Part shown: in pieces, positions 28,303 through 37,693 of the stretch | Layout of the letters: each line of letters begins with the position of its first letter | Numbering within the stretch: position 1 is the stretch's first letter | Assembly (NCBI GenBank): GCA_040403925.1 | Contig: JBBAJV010000006.1 | Coordinates: 341-64,340 of the forward strand | Direction: 5' to 3' | Source of the DNA: Sediminibacterium sp. | GTDB taxonomy: Bacteria > Bacteroidota > Bacteroidia > Chitinophagales > Chitinophagaceae | DNA: 64,000 nucleotides | Made by a program: the position numbers and the translations under genes | The notes under the pieces: model-generated | What the model was told of the DNA's origin: nothing | The model's input: only the letters and a program-made list of their open reading frames with translations | The model's database searches: none

Positions 28303-29680
28303 ATTTACGTTTATTGAACCACACGTCACTCAAGCTATATCCTACAGTAAATTGAACAAAATTTTCTTTAAAGTTAGATGCGCCTCCACCTCTTTGACCC
28401 ATCTGTAAAGCAAGGTTCAATAAAGTGAATTGATAATCATAAGAACGATATTTTCTAATAGGCAATCCTAAGCCCATCGTAAGTCCTTGTACATTTAATC
28501 CAATGTTATTTAAATTGATATAATCTTTGCCACTAAAAACTCCAAATCGATAAGTTACTGTAGACCAATAACTTTCAAAATCAAATGGATTCGGAGACAA
28601 TTGTGCTCCAGCACGAAACATTGTGGCATTGCGCACTTGATCTGTTGCACCATAAAATTTATAACTATCTTTCCAATTAGACTGATTCAATTCAATGCCA
28701 ATCACCCATTGATCATAGCTACCCCTTACCGTGGTCACTTTTTTATGTAAGGCAATACCTGCTGTCATCGTACTTGGTAGTTCTACTTTTCCACTAATAT
28801 CTTTTTGAAATAGCGCAGTATCCACTGGTGTTTCTTGCGAAGATGTAAAAGTGCCGTTAGATCTTAAAATATCTTGCTTCCCACTTAATTTTTGATCAAG
28901 GGTATAGGTTCCACCATAGCTAAGGGTATATTCTGTTTTATCTTTTGTAACCGAATTGGTTGAACTTGATAATGGGAATTCACCTTGTATACCTAAGTTT
29001 AAAAATACTCCACCAAAACTTGTATTTGTACTAGATAATGATTGATAAAAACTAGTAGAGTCAACATTGAATAATACTGCCTTAACCACATCTATTTTTT
29101 TTCTACCTAAATTATATCCAGTGTTCATTCCAATACTTAAATACTTCCAACTTTTACCCAATCCAAGAAACACTTGATTGATGCCGCCCTCGCCTTTGTA
29201 GTTGGTGTAGATAGAATCGCCGATACTATTTGAATATGAAAAATCGTTGACAGAATAGTTTATCTGGGTGAGTGGTCTTAATCCAAAAGCAAATCCAATT
29301 TTTTTTGCTTTACTAATGGGCACACCTACTACAATATAATTAGGTACTAAATAAGTTGATTTTTCTTTTCCTGCAGGGGTTGTTCTTTTAAGAATACTAT
29401 TGGATAAGTTCAATCCAATATCAAATGTGGTCATATAGATTCCACCGTAAGAAGCTGGATTGTTAAAATTGATACTTTGTCCAAAAGCGCCATTCATATT
29501 GGGCGTATAGGCTGCAGTTAATCCACCCATCCCTTGGTTTGCAGCATTTTGACTGTTATAAATTTCGTTGCCTACACCAAATCTTGAAAATGGGGAATTG
29601 ATCTGAGCCTTTAATGGGGCTATAAAACAGAAAAGTCCAATGAACGGGGTTAAACTAAGTATTTTTTTCACTAATCGCAT
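28295..29680 (-). CDS. Outer-membrane beta-barrel protein (FadL/PorV-like)
   Basis: Signal peptide, NSPFSRFGVG, GMGG, NPASY, amphipathic strands, C-terminal W-F..RKYD. Confidence 0.7.
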   Translation of the reverse strand: MRLVKKILSLTPFIGLFCFIAPLKAQINSPFSRFGVGNEIYNSQNAANQGMGGLTAAYTPNMNGAFGQSINFNNPASYGGIYMTTFDIGLNLSNSILKRTTPAGKEKSTYLVPNYIVVGVPISKAKKIGFAFGLRPLTQINYSVNDFSYSNSIGDSIYTNYKGEGGINQVFLGLGKSWKYLSIGMNTGYNLGRKKIDVVKAVLFNVDSTSFYQSLSSTNTSFGGVFLNLGIQGEFPLSSSTNSVTKDKTEYTLSYGGTYTLDQKLSGKQDILRSNGTFTSSQETPVDTALFQKDISGKVELPSTMTAGIALHKKVTTVRGSYDQWVIGIELNQSNWKDSYKFYGATDQVRNATMFRAGAQLSPNPFDFESYWSTVTYRFGVFSGKDYINLNNIGLNVQGLTMGLGLPIRKYRSYDYQFTLLNLALQMGQRGGGASNFKENFVQFTVGYSLSDVWFNKRKYD

Positions 29681-30380
29681 ATAGTCCTTTATAAATTAAA
29701 TTTGGGTCGGCAAATATCCTTCTTTTTAAGTGAGGTACAAAATAACTAAGGTCTCCACCGGTTAATAGGGCGTTAAATTTGCTGTATTTGGCCTCATAAG
29801 CGTCTATTATACCATTAATTTCGGCTGACATCCCCAAAACGACCCCAGAAAGCAGGTTTGTTTTAGTGTCATATCCGACCAAACCAAAGCTTGGTGCGGG
29901 TTTAATCAATGGCAAAAGTGCTGTTAAATCATTCATTGATTTAAAACGCATTTGCATCCCCGGAGAGATACTCCCTCCTAAAAACTGTCCTCGATTATTG
30001 ACAAAATTATAGGTGATACAGGTGCCAAGGCAAATGACTAGACTATGTTGCTTGGGGTATAAATCTACAGCGGCTGCCACAAGTCCTAAACGATCTGCTC
30101 CAATGGTTTCAGGTTTGCCTACAGGCGTCGTGAAATTCAGTTTGGTTTGTGGTCCCAATAAATGAAACGGACCGTATGCAGTCAACAAGTTTTCAATGGC
30201 TTGATCGTGATGGATCACTGAAGAAAGCAATGTTTTGCTGGGCTGGTATTGGTCTAATAATTTTTGAACAGCTGAAAGTGGATCATTTTCTAGTAGCTCC
30301 AATTTTTCCAAATGGTTGCCATTGAAAATTGCCGCCTTTAATCGGGTGTTGCCAAAATCGAAACAAATGGTTGTAGACAT
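29655..30380 (-). CDS. coaX: Type III pantothenate kinase
   Basis: DFGNTRLK, GADR, LGTCIT, GGSISPG, TGGD. A TAATTTTG -7 element lies at 30397-30404. Confidence 0.93.
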   Translation of the reverse strand: MSTTICFDFGNTRLKAAIFNGNHLEKLELLENDPLSAVQKLLDQYQPSKTLLSSVIHHDQAIENLLTAYGPFHLLGPQTKLNFTTPVGKPETIGADRLGLVAAAVDLYPKQHSLVICLGTCITYNFVNNRGQFLGGSISPGMQMRFKSMNDLTALLPLIKPAPSFGLVGYDTKTNLLSGVVLGMSAEINGIIDAYEAKYSKFNALLTGGDLSYFVPHLKRRIFADPNLIYKGLYAISEKNT

Positions 30381-30484
30381 AATGATTTTCGTAGTTCAAA
30401 ATTAATTGCTTTCAAGCAAACTTTAGGTAAAACAATAGGCAAGTTGCAAAAGATTTCGGTTATTTGAAGAACAAATTAGCGAAT

Positions 30485-31360
30485 ATGAGGGTTGCAGGGT
30501 TTACAATTATAAAAAATGCAGTGTTGAATGACTTTCCGATCTTGGAAGCCATTCGTTCTATTTTACCCGTGGTGGACGAAATGATTGTTTTAATTGGAGA
30601 TTCAACAGATGAAACCATCGCATTGATTGAATCCATTGGCGACCCCAAAATTAAAATTCACCACTCTATTTGGAATAAAGATTTAAGAAAAGGTGGGGTG
30701 GTTTTAGCAGATGAAACTAATAAGGCATTTCAATTGATTGATGCCAGTTTCGATTGGGCTTTTTATATTCAAGGAGATGAGGTCGTACACGAAAAATACC
30801 ATCCAACAATTCGTGCAGCTTGTGAAAAATACAAGGCCGATTTAGCGGTGCAAGGATTATTATTTAAATACAAACATTTTTATGGCACTTATGATTATGT
30901 AGGTGATAGTAGAAAGTGGTATGCACATGAAATAAGGATCATTAGAAATAATAAAGCCATTAGTGCCTACAGAGATGCGCAGGGTTTCAGAATTGGTAAA
31001 CAAAAATTACCGGTAGCAGCTATCGATGCTAGTATCTATCATTATGGCTGGGTGAAAAGTCCTGAGCAAATGCGTAAAAAACAAAAAGAGAGTGCAGCAT
31101 TTTGGAATGATGATACACAGATGGAAAAAATAATAGCAAGTCCAGATTTTTATGATTTCTCTGAATTTGATTCTTTGGAACGCTTCACAGGCTCGCATCC
31201 TAATGTGATGTTAGATAGAATTAAACAAAAAAATTGGGCGATTGATTTAGATGTTACAAAAAAGAAGTTGTCCTTTAAAAAATTTGTTTTATACCATTTT
31301 GAAAAATGGACAGGGATTCGTCCTTTTGATTTTAAAAATTATAAAATTATCCGTTCTTAA
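30485..31360 (+). CDS. Glycosyltransferase family 2 protein
   Basis: GT-A N-terminus, GDS.D.T, QGDE acidic motif, YHYGWV. Start 30485 (alternative 30464). Confidence 0.78.
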   Translation: MRVAGFTIIKNAVLNDFPILEAIRSILPVVDEMIVLIGDSTDETIALIESIGDPKIKIHHSIWNKDLRKGGVVLADETNKAFQLIDASFDWAFYIQGDEVVHEKYHPTIRAACEKYKADLAVQGLLFKYKHFYGTYDYVGDSRKWYAHEIRIIRNNKAISAYRDAQGFRIGKQKLPVAAIDASIYHYGWVKSPEQMRKKQKESAAFWNDDTQMEKIIASPDFYDFSEFDSLERFTGSHPNVMLDRIKQKNWAIDLDVTKKKLSFKKFVLYHFEKWTGIRPFDFKNYKIIRS

Positions 31361-32098
31361 ATGTTTGATGTAACAGATATCGCAAAAGGTGTTGCCGAAG
31401 GCAATTTTAGCTCAATTGCAAGAGTCATTTCTTCAATAGAAAATGAAGTTGCAGGGGTGGATGATTTCTTAGCAACTTTAACACCAACTGCCATTCCAGT
31501 GATAGGCATAACAGGCCCTCCAGGGGCAGGTAAAAGCACATTGATTTCTGTTTTAATTGGAAACTATCTTCTTCAAAATAAAAAAATAGCAATTATATCA
31601 GTTGACCCATCTTCAGTTAAACATAAGGGTGCGCTATTAGGGGATCGAATAAGGATGAAAGACTGGTATTTACATCCATCTGTTTACATTAGGTCACTTG
31701 CTTCAAGATTACATTTAGGTGGCTTGGTCAAATCAATTCATAAAATCACTCAATTTTTAAAGTCAGCGGGATTTGACATCGTAATTTTAGAAACAGTTGG
31801 AGTTGGCCAGTCCGAGGTAGAAGTAGCATCTGTAGCTAATGTTACATTATTGGTATTGGTTCCAGAAGCAGGTGATGATATTCAAATGATGAAGTCTGGT
31901 TTATTTGAAGTTGCAAATATTTTTGTGGTTAACAAATCGGACAGGGCAGATGCAAAAAAATTTCTCTCACATCTCACAATTTCACTTAATGATAGGATAC
32001 AATCAGGAGAAAAAATAGGAATTATTGAAACTGTAGCAAATACGGGTAAAGGTATTGAAGCCTTAGATGACTGTATTAACAGTTTTTTAATTCATTAA
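31361..32098 (+). CDS. meaB: MeaB/ArgK-family GTPase, short (245 aa)
   Basis: GITGPPGAGKST, VDPSS, GALLGDRIRM, IRSLASR, ETVGVGQSE, GDDIQMMKSG, NKSD. Confidence 0.87.
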   Translation: MFDVTDIAKGVAEGNFSSIARVISSIENEVAGVDDFLATLTPTAIPVIGITGPPGAGKSTLISVLIGNYLLQNKKIAIISVDPSSVKHKGALLGDRIRMKDWYLHPSVYIRSLASRLHLGGLVKSIHKITQFLKSAGFDIVILETVGVGQSEVEVASVANVTLLVLVPEAGDDIQMMKSGLFEVANIFVVNKSDRADAKKFLSHLTISLNDRIQSGEKIGIIETVANTGKGIEALDDCINSFLIH

Positions 32099-32107
32099 AA
32101 TAAGCAC

Positions 32108-33304
32108 ATGTCCAGCATCTTACAATTTAAGGGGTTTATAAAAAAGATTTTAGAAAACAACAATCAAGTATCTTTTATTTGGTTTGGTTTAGTTTTTTTA
32201 TCACTTCTTAGTGCAGTGTTGAATCACTCATTTAATAATTTCATCATTTTTAAGCAGTCTTTTTTTCACCTTCAGCAAAAATTGAATTTATACAATATTT
32301 ATCCTAGTGAATATTGGGATCATTATTATTACAGCCCTACATTCGCCGTATTAGTTGCCCCATTTACTGTGATTCCATCTTTAGTTGCCCCGTTTGCATG
32401 GGGCCTGTTTGATGCTGGTGTTTTATATTTCGCCATTAGAAAATTACCAATTCGTTCATTCTATCAAAACGGGATCTTGCTTTTATCTGTTCATGAAATG
32501 ATGAATTCTAGTGCTAATTTGCAGAGTAATGGTTTAATTGCTGGATTGATCATACTTTCTTTTGTTCTTCTTCTTAAACAAAAAGAATATAGTGCAACTT
32601 TGTCCTTACTAGTTGGTTTTTTTATTAAACTATATGGCATTGTAGGTCTTGCATTTTTCTTTTTCAGTAAGCAAAAGGGTAAATATATATTGTATCTTAT
32701 TTTGTGGACAACGATCTTGGTGCTATTGCCACTATGTGTTACCAGCCCTGAATTTTTACTTCAATCTTATAAAGATTGGTTTGCAAGCTTGTCGGTAAAG
32801 TCTAATTTTGATTTGACTGTTGATATGTATAAAAATGGAGTTGATATCTCAATTCAAGGCATGATTAAAAGGGTTTTTAATTTGCCATCATTGAATAAAT
32901 TTTATGTTATTATTCCAGGGCTTATTTTATTTGCTTCTCAGTATGCCAAAATAAAATATTTCAATCATTTAGTGTATCAGCTGTATATTTTATGTTCTGT
33001 GATGCTATTTGTAATTGTTTTTAATACAGGATCGGAGTCTCCAACCTATATCATTGGCGTAGTACCTATTTGCTTATGGTATGTATTACAGCAAAAAACC
33101 ACTTTAGTCAATACAGTATTTATCTTTGCTATATTCTTTTCAAGTTTTTCTTATTCTGATTTATTTACACCTGGGCTTAGAATACATATAATGACCCCTT
33201 ATGCACTAAAAGTAGTTGGTTGTTTTTTAATCTGGGTGGTTATTTTAATTCAAATCCACACCAAGCAATTTTTGACCATTAATCAAACTAAACTAATTGT
33301 ATAA
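32108..33304 (+). CDS. Glycosyltransferase family 87 (DUF2029) polytopic membrane protein
   Basis: About 10 TM helices; YYYSPTFA, QSN, FIKLYG, ESPTYII motifs. Confidence 0.8.
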   Translation: MSSILQFKGFIKKILENNNQVSFIWFGLVFLSLLSAVLNHSFNNFIIFKQSFFHLQQKLNLYNIYPSEYWDHYYYSPTFAVLVAPFTVIPSLVAPFAWGLFDAGVLYFAIRKLPIRSFYQNGILLLSVHEMMNSSANLQSNGLIAGLIILSFVLLLKQKEYSATLSLLVGFFIKLYGIVGLAFFFFSKQKGKYILYLILWTTILVLLPLCVTSPEFLLQSYKDWFASLSVKSNFDLTVDMYKNGVDISIQGMIKRVFNLPSLNKFYVIIPGLILFASQYAKIKYFNHLVYQLYILCSVMLFVIVFNTGSESPTYIIGVVPICLWYVLQQKTTLVNTVFIFAIFFSSFSYSDLFTPGLRIHIMTPYALKVVGCFLIWVVILIQIHTKQFLTINQTKLIV

Positions 33305-34126
33305 ATGGATACCTCAACATCTGTAGCCATATTAATCGCAACCTACAATTGGCCTGAAGCATTAAAGCAAACATTAACCTCTGTTGCCAATCAAACCATC
33401 CTACCTAAAGAGGTCCTTATTGCAGATGATGGTTCTGATGAAAGGACTGCTAACTTGATTCAAGCGTTTAAACTCAATCATCCTAGACTTAATATCATTC
33501 ATGTTTGGCATGAAGACAATGGCTTTAGATTAGCTGCCATAAGAAATAAGTCCATACGCATGGCACAATCAGATTATATCATTCAAATAGACGGTGATAT
33601 CATTTTAGATCAACATTTTGTTGCAGATCATTTAAGCCTTCAAGCAAAAGGTTATTTTGTTACAGGTAGTAGGTTGCTCATAGGTAAAAAAAGTACAGAA
33701 AGTTTATTAATATCAGAAAAAGTAAATTTTACTGCATTAAGGTGGAAGGGGAAAAACTTTTTCAATACGCTTAGAATACCCCTACTTATGGGCTTATTAC
33801 AAAATGCCTATAAAACAAAAGGAAAATATTTGTATTATGTCAAAGGGTGTAATATGGCATTTTGGAAATCAGATCTATATCTAGTAAATGGATATGATGA
33901 AATATTTAATGGGTGGGGAAGAGAGGATACAGATATTTGTATTCGTTTAATGCAAGCAGGTTTAAAGAAAAAATTTATCAAATTTGGTGGCGTGCAATAC
34001 CATTTACACCATCCACTTGCATCTAGAGATCATCTAGCATCCAATGATGCTCATATTGAACAACTAAGATTAAATCAAATAAGTTTTTGTAAGGTAGGAT
34101 TAGTCAAGTCTGAGCAAAAAAATTAA
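33305..34126 (+). CDS. Glycosyltransferase family 2 protein (with GT7C-like C-terminus)
   Basis: ATYN, IADDGS, IDGD, KGCNMAFW, GYDE.F.GWGRED. Confidence 0.9.
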   Translation: MDTSTSVAILIATYNWPEALKQTLTSVANQTILPKEVLIADDGSDERTANLIQAFKLNHPRLNIIHVWHEDNGFRLAAIRNKSIRMAQSDYIIQIDGDIILDQHFVADHLSLQAKGYFVTGSRLLIGKKSTESLLISEKVNFTALRWKGKNFFNTLRIPLLMGLLQNAYKTKGKYLYYVKGCNMAFWKSDLYLVNGYDEIFNGWGREDTDICIRLMQAGLKKKFIKFGGVQYHLHHPLASRDHLASNDAHIEQLRLNQISFCKVGLVKSEQKN

Positions 34127-34329
34127 CTGGCTTTTTCATTTTTCCACCATTTGTAAGCCACATAACCCATGATGCCAAATGGCATGGCTGCGAGATAGAG
34201 AATACCTACATTAAAACCTTTTCCAGCTTCTTCGCCAATTTGCGCAGCAGTTTTAGTGCAGATGGAACATTGTGCTTTCCCTGCTAAAACAATCAGTTGA
34301 AATACAAGTAGTAAGTAAATGCTTTTCAT
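34123..34329 (-). CDS. Small CxxC-containing membrane protein
   Basis: Signal-like N-terminus ending AQ, CSIC, one TM helix, basic tail; own promoter directly upstream. Confidence 0.72.
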   Translation of the reverse strand: MKSIYLLLVFQLIVLAGKAQCSICTKTAAQIGEEAGKGFNVGILYLAAMPFGIMGYVAYKWWKNEKAS

Positions 34330-34333
34330 GGTG

Positions 34334-34341
34334 CAAAAATA
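34334..34341 (-). promoter_or_regulatory. -7 promoter element 4 nt before the ATG (candidate leaderless transcript)
   Basis: TATTTTTG-cacc-ATG on the minus strand. Confidence 0.55.
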
Positions 34342-34346
34342 GGCAT

Positions 34347-34368
34347 AAAAAACCCCGAATAAATGGGG
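34347..34368 (-). terminator. Weak intrinsic terminator after thx
   Basis: Minus strand cccc-atttattc-gggg followed by tttttt. Confidence 0.5.
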
Positions 34369-34388
34369 GAATCTATTTTAAAAAAAAA

Positions 34389-34511
34389 TTAAGCGTTTGC
34401 CTTTGGAGCCGCTGCTGCTGCCTTAATATTTCTTGTTTTGTGTGGTCTGCTCTTACCAAAAGAACCTAAAAAGCGCTTTCCTTTTGCTGTTTTTTTATCT
34501 CCTCTACCCAT
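34389..34511 (-). CDS. thx: 30S ribosomal protein bS31 (THX)
   Basis: MGRGDKKTAKGKRFLGSFGKSRP, 40 aa. The true start is ATG 34511, not the ORF-track start 34595. Confidence 0.88.
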   Translation of the reverse strand: MGRGDKKTAKGKRFLGSFGKSRPHKTRNIKAAAAAPKANA

Positions 34512-34543
34512 GATATTATAATTTTTAAATTGTGATTGGACTG

Positions 34544-34551
34544 CAAATATA
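34544..34551 (-). promoter_or_regulatory. -7 promoter element for thx
   Basis: TATATTTG, abutting the U-tract of the hup terminator. Confidence 0.6.
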
Positions 34552-34589
34552 AAAAAACCCTCTGATAAAATGGTTATCCGAGGGTTTTT
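34551..34589 (-). terminator. Intrinsic terminator after hup
   Basis: aaaaaccctc-t-gataa-aatgg-ttatc-c-gagggttttt stem with A/T tracts. Confidence 0.75.
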
Positions 34590-34607
34590 ATTCAAATAAA
34601 TTTGAAA

Positions 34608-34877
34608 TTACAACTTGCCGCTCAATTCTTTACCTGCCTTGAAACGAGCAACTTTCTTTGCTTTAATCTTGATAGCCTCACCTGTTTGTGGGTTACGACC
34701 AGTTCTTGCAGCACGCTTAGATACTGAGAAAGTACCAAAACCTACTAAAGTTACTTTGTCACCTTTTTTCAAAGATTTAGTTACTGCTTCGATAAAAGCG
34801 TCTAAAGCTGCATTAGCTTGAGTTTTTGGACAACCAACTGAGTCGGCGATGTGTGCGATTAATTCTGCTTTGTTCAT
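34608..34877 (-). CDS. hup: HU family DNA-binding protein
   Basis: [33 protein letters not shown]. Confidence 0.96.
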   Translation of the reverse strand: MNKAELIAHIADSVGCPKTQANAALDAFIEAVTKSLKKGDKVTLVGFGTFSVSKRAARTGRNPQTGEAIKIKAKKVARFKAGKELSGKL

Positions 34878-35133
34878 GATGTGTTTTTTATAGTTTTAAA
34901 CGATATAACAAATTTATTGAGTTTGATGAAACAAAAAAATATTTTAGTGTATTTTTATTTTTTATTTTTCCACTAAAACCCTTAAATAGTAAGGCTTTCC
35001 GCCCAAGGTTCAAATTTCAATTTTGGACTTATGTAAAGGGGTATTTCTGTAATCCTTTACAGCACTGATTTACAGCGAATTTAAAAATTAAAATGAGGCC
35101 AGTAATGGGTTTTGGGAGCCTAGCTATCCACAA

Positions 35134-35436
35134 TCAATGCACAATTTTCATGCTTGTATTAAAGTGAAAACATTGAGTTCCCCATTGTTCAGTAACGCTA
35201 AAAAGGAGTGTTTCTGCGTGTTTTTCCTGGAATTCGGCCAATTGAGTAGCCGCTTTACTAAACAATTGTAGGGTAAAAGTAGGGGGCTGATCTGCTGCAA
35301 GGTCTAATTGGTAAAGCTGATGATCCCCAAAACAGGCTGTTGCAAGACAGCTTGGGATAAAGCTTTGCTTCATCCAATTCAACCACGCTGATTCAATGGG
35401 AGGATCTATTTGAAAACTAATATTGTATACAAACAT
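35134..35436 (-). CDS. DUF4286 family protein
   Basis: M.VYN.S..W..WMK...IP pattern and a C-terminal F.T.M; 100 aa; 4 nt after xth. Confidence 0.7.
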   Translation of the reverse strand: MFVYNISFQIDPPIESAWLNWMKQSFIPSCLATACFGDHQLYQLDLAADQPPTFTLQLFSKAATQLAEFQEKHAETLLFSVTEQWGTQCFHFNTSMKIVH

Positions 35437-35440
35437 GGAT

Positions 35441-36211
35441 TTATTTTTTTATTTCTACAACAATCGGACAATGGTCACTATGCTTTATTTCAGGAAGGAT
35501 AAAGGCGTCTATAATTTTTGTTGACAATACTTTTGTGGTACAAAGATAATCAATCCTCCATCCTTTGTTTTGTAATCTAACAGATGGAAATCTTTGACTC
35601 CACCAGGAATAAGCACCAATGGTATCTTCATGCATATGTCTAAAACTATCTACCCAATTTGTTGCAAGCATTTCATCCATCCAAGCCCTTTCTTCAGGTA
35701 AAAAACCAGAAGATTTTTTATTGCCTTTTGGGTCATGGATATCAATTGTTTGACGTGCAATATTGTAATCTCCAGCCACAATGATATTCGGTCTTTCTTT
35801 TCTGAGTTGTTCTACCCAATTATAAAATTCTTCCAGCCACTGGTATTTATAGGCCTGTCTCAGGTCTCCACTTGTGCCTGAAGGGAAATAAGCATTGATA
35901 ATGGTAAGGTCGCCAAAATCAACTCTAATCACTCTTCCCTCTGCATCACTCATGCTATGTCCAGTGCCATGTTTGACTAGGCTGGGTTTTTCTTTGCTAA
36001 ATACGGCCACGCCACTGTATCCTTTTTTTTCTGCAGGATACCAAGCTATATGATATCCTAAATCGGTAAAAAGATGTTGGTCAATATCTGTACTGCTTGC
36101 TTTTGTTTCTTGAACACATAGTATATCCACTGGGTAGTCTTTAAGCCATTCGATCAAACCTTTTTTAATGGCGGCTCTAATTCCATTGACATTATAACTT
36201 ACTATGCGCAT
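35441..36211 (-). CDS. xth: Exodeoxyribonuclease III
   Basis: YNVNGIRA, QETK, GYSGVA, GDYN, YSWWS, GWRIDY, SDHCP. Confidence 0.95.
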   Translation of the reverse strand: MRIVSYNVNGIRAAIKKGLIEWLKDYPVDILCVQETKASSTDIDQHLFTDLGYHIAWYPAEKKGYSGVAVFSKEKPSLVKHGTGHSMSDAEGRVIRVDFGDLTIINAYFPSGTSGDLRQAYKYQWLEEFYNWVEQLRKERPNIIVAGDYNIARQTIDIHDPKGNKKSSGFLPEERAWMDEMLATNWVDSFRHMHEDTIGAYSWWSQRFPSVRLQNKGWRIDYLCTTKVLSTKIIDAFILPEIKHSDHCPIVVEIKK

Positions 36212-36217
36212 GGATGT

Positions 36218-37594
36218 TTAATTTGGCGATTGAAAAATTTCACTATAAGCCATCAACAATAAAAGGGAGGTGATTGAACTTGGATATCCTTGCTGTATTG
36301 GTATGATGTAATTGGGTTTATTCCTGCCCTTTGCAGCCATGATTGGTACATTATTCAAATAGATTATTTTAATGTCAATGTCATTGTTGAAAAGGATTTT
36401 AAATGCATCTTTTCCAATCGTCCCTTCAACTGATCTGGATAGGTAGATGACTCCTTTTGGGTAATTGCTATTTAAGGAATAGATAGAGCTTGAGTCATAC
36501 CCATTGTAGATCTGGTTTGAATTGAACATCAAGCCTGTGTTGGATGGTTGCTCTATCACTTTAAACCTGCCAATTAAATTGGTGTCGCCAAATATTTTAT
36601 GGATGCTATCTGGTAAAAATCGGATAGGAGGGGTAGCACGCAATTCGGGATCGACCATTGGATTGAATTCAATATAAGCTTCCAATGTATAATCTTTGTT
36701 GTCACTCACATTTCTTAAAGGCTGTAATGCTTGATAGTATTCTTTAAAAAGGGTGTTAGTCCTTTTTTTAATTTCAGGTAAAATAGCAAAAAATGGATTG
36801 TTGATTGTTTTGTCTTTCGTATCTATTTTCTGCATCATCGCATTTGGGGCTCTAAGCACAATCCGCGCATTATCTTGTGTAAACTGAATAAAGTTTTTGA
36901 TGGTATCTACGGCAATTCTTGGCTTAGCTTGCAATAAAGACATCGTAAAATTATCTGAGGCATAACTTATAGGCACTTTTGCCTCAATGTAAGCCAACTC
37001 TTCGCCGTCTTTGTCAAAATAACTGACACCAGATTGGAGGGCTTTGAATAAACTCTTAGGTGTCGTTATAGGAATATTGATTGGATAGCCAATACCTTGA
37101 TTCGCAATTGGAATCATACCCATTAAAATGGTTTTTTGGAAAACAGGTTTTTTAGTTGCATCTAAAATGGTACAGGTTAAAAACCAGGTGGATTGTATAC
37201 TATCTTTTTTTGGAATGTCTATATTGACCATTGAATTACTAAAAGTTTGTTCTGGTTGCAATTCATAGATTTCTAAATAAGCATGAAAAGAGGCCAATTG
37301 ACTTTGACTCCAATCAATTACTAACTTACCAATTTGATTTGATTTGGTTACTATTTTTATTTTAGTTGGAAAGCTTGTGTCTCTTTGAAGCTGCAATGGG
37401 TTGAATAAAGCCGTATCCAATATGCTTGCAAATGCTTGGACTTGTGTTTCAGAGGGATGCCAATATTTTCCATCTGGTCGAATACTAGAATACAATTGAA
37501 CTTGTTCGAATGTCACTTGATTGGACTGCCCAAATGAAGCGATGCAAATGCATTGCGTGAAGAATAGACTTAAAAAGTAAAAAATATTTTTCAT
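36218..37594 (-). CDS. Secreted hypothetical protein (458 aa)
   Basis: Long ORF with a signal-peptide-like N-terminus; no recognisable motif. Confidence 0.6.
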   Translation of the reverse strand: MKNIFYFLSLFFTQCICIASFGQSNQVTFEQVQLYSSIRPDGKYWHPSETQVQAFASILDTALFNPLQLQRDTSFPTKIKIVTKSNQIGKLVIDWSQSQLASFHAYLEIYELQPEQTFSNSMVNIDIPKKDSIQSTWFLTCTILDATKKPVFQKTILMGMIPIANQGIGYPINIPITTPKSLFKALQSGVSYFDKDGEELAYIEAKVPISYASDNFTMSLLQAKPRIAVDTIKNFIQFTQDNARIVLRAPNAMMQKIDTKDKTINNPFFAILPEIKKRTNTLFKEYYQALQPLRNVSDNKDYTLEAYIEFNPMVDPELRATPPIRFLPDSIHKIFGDTNLIGRFKVIEQPSNTGLMFNSNQIYNGYDSSSIYSLNSNYPKGVIYLSRSVEGTIGKDAFKILFNNDIDIKIIYLNNVPIMAAKGRNKPNYIIPIQQGYPSSITSLLLLMAYSEIFQSPN

Positions 37595-37693
37595 TTAGCA
37601 GGTTCAAATTGGATAATCAAATTTAGTTGATTTAGCCGTTTAATACTTTTTTTATTCTAACTACATATCTAATAAGTATATCCCTGACAAAAA

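Noticed and set aside
34880-35130. 250-bp intergenic gap as an ncRNA (6S, SRP, tRNA)
   Set aside because: No cloverleaf or recognisable conserved motif; only a hup -7 element (TAAATTTG) and a weak gtaaagg/cctttac stem.
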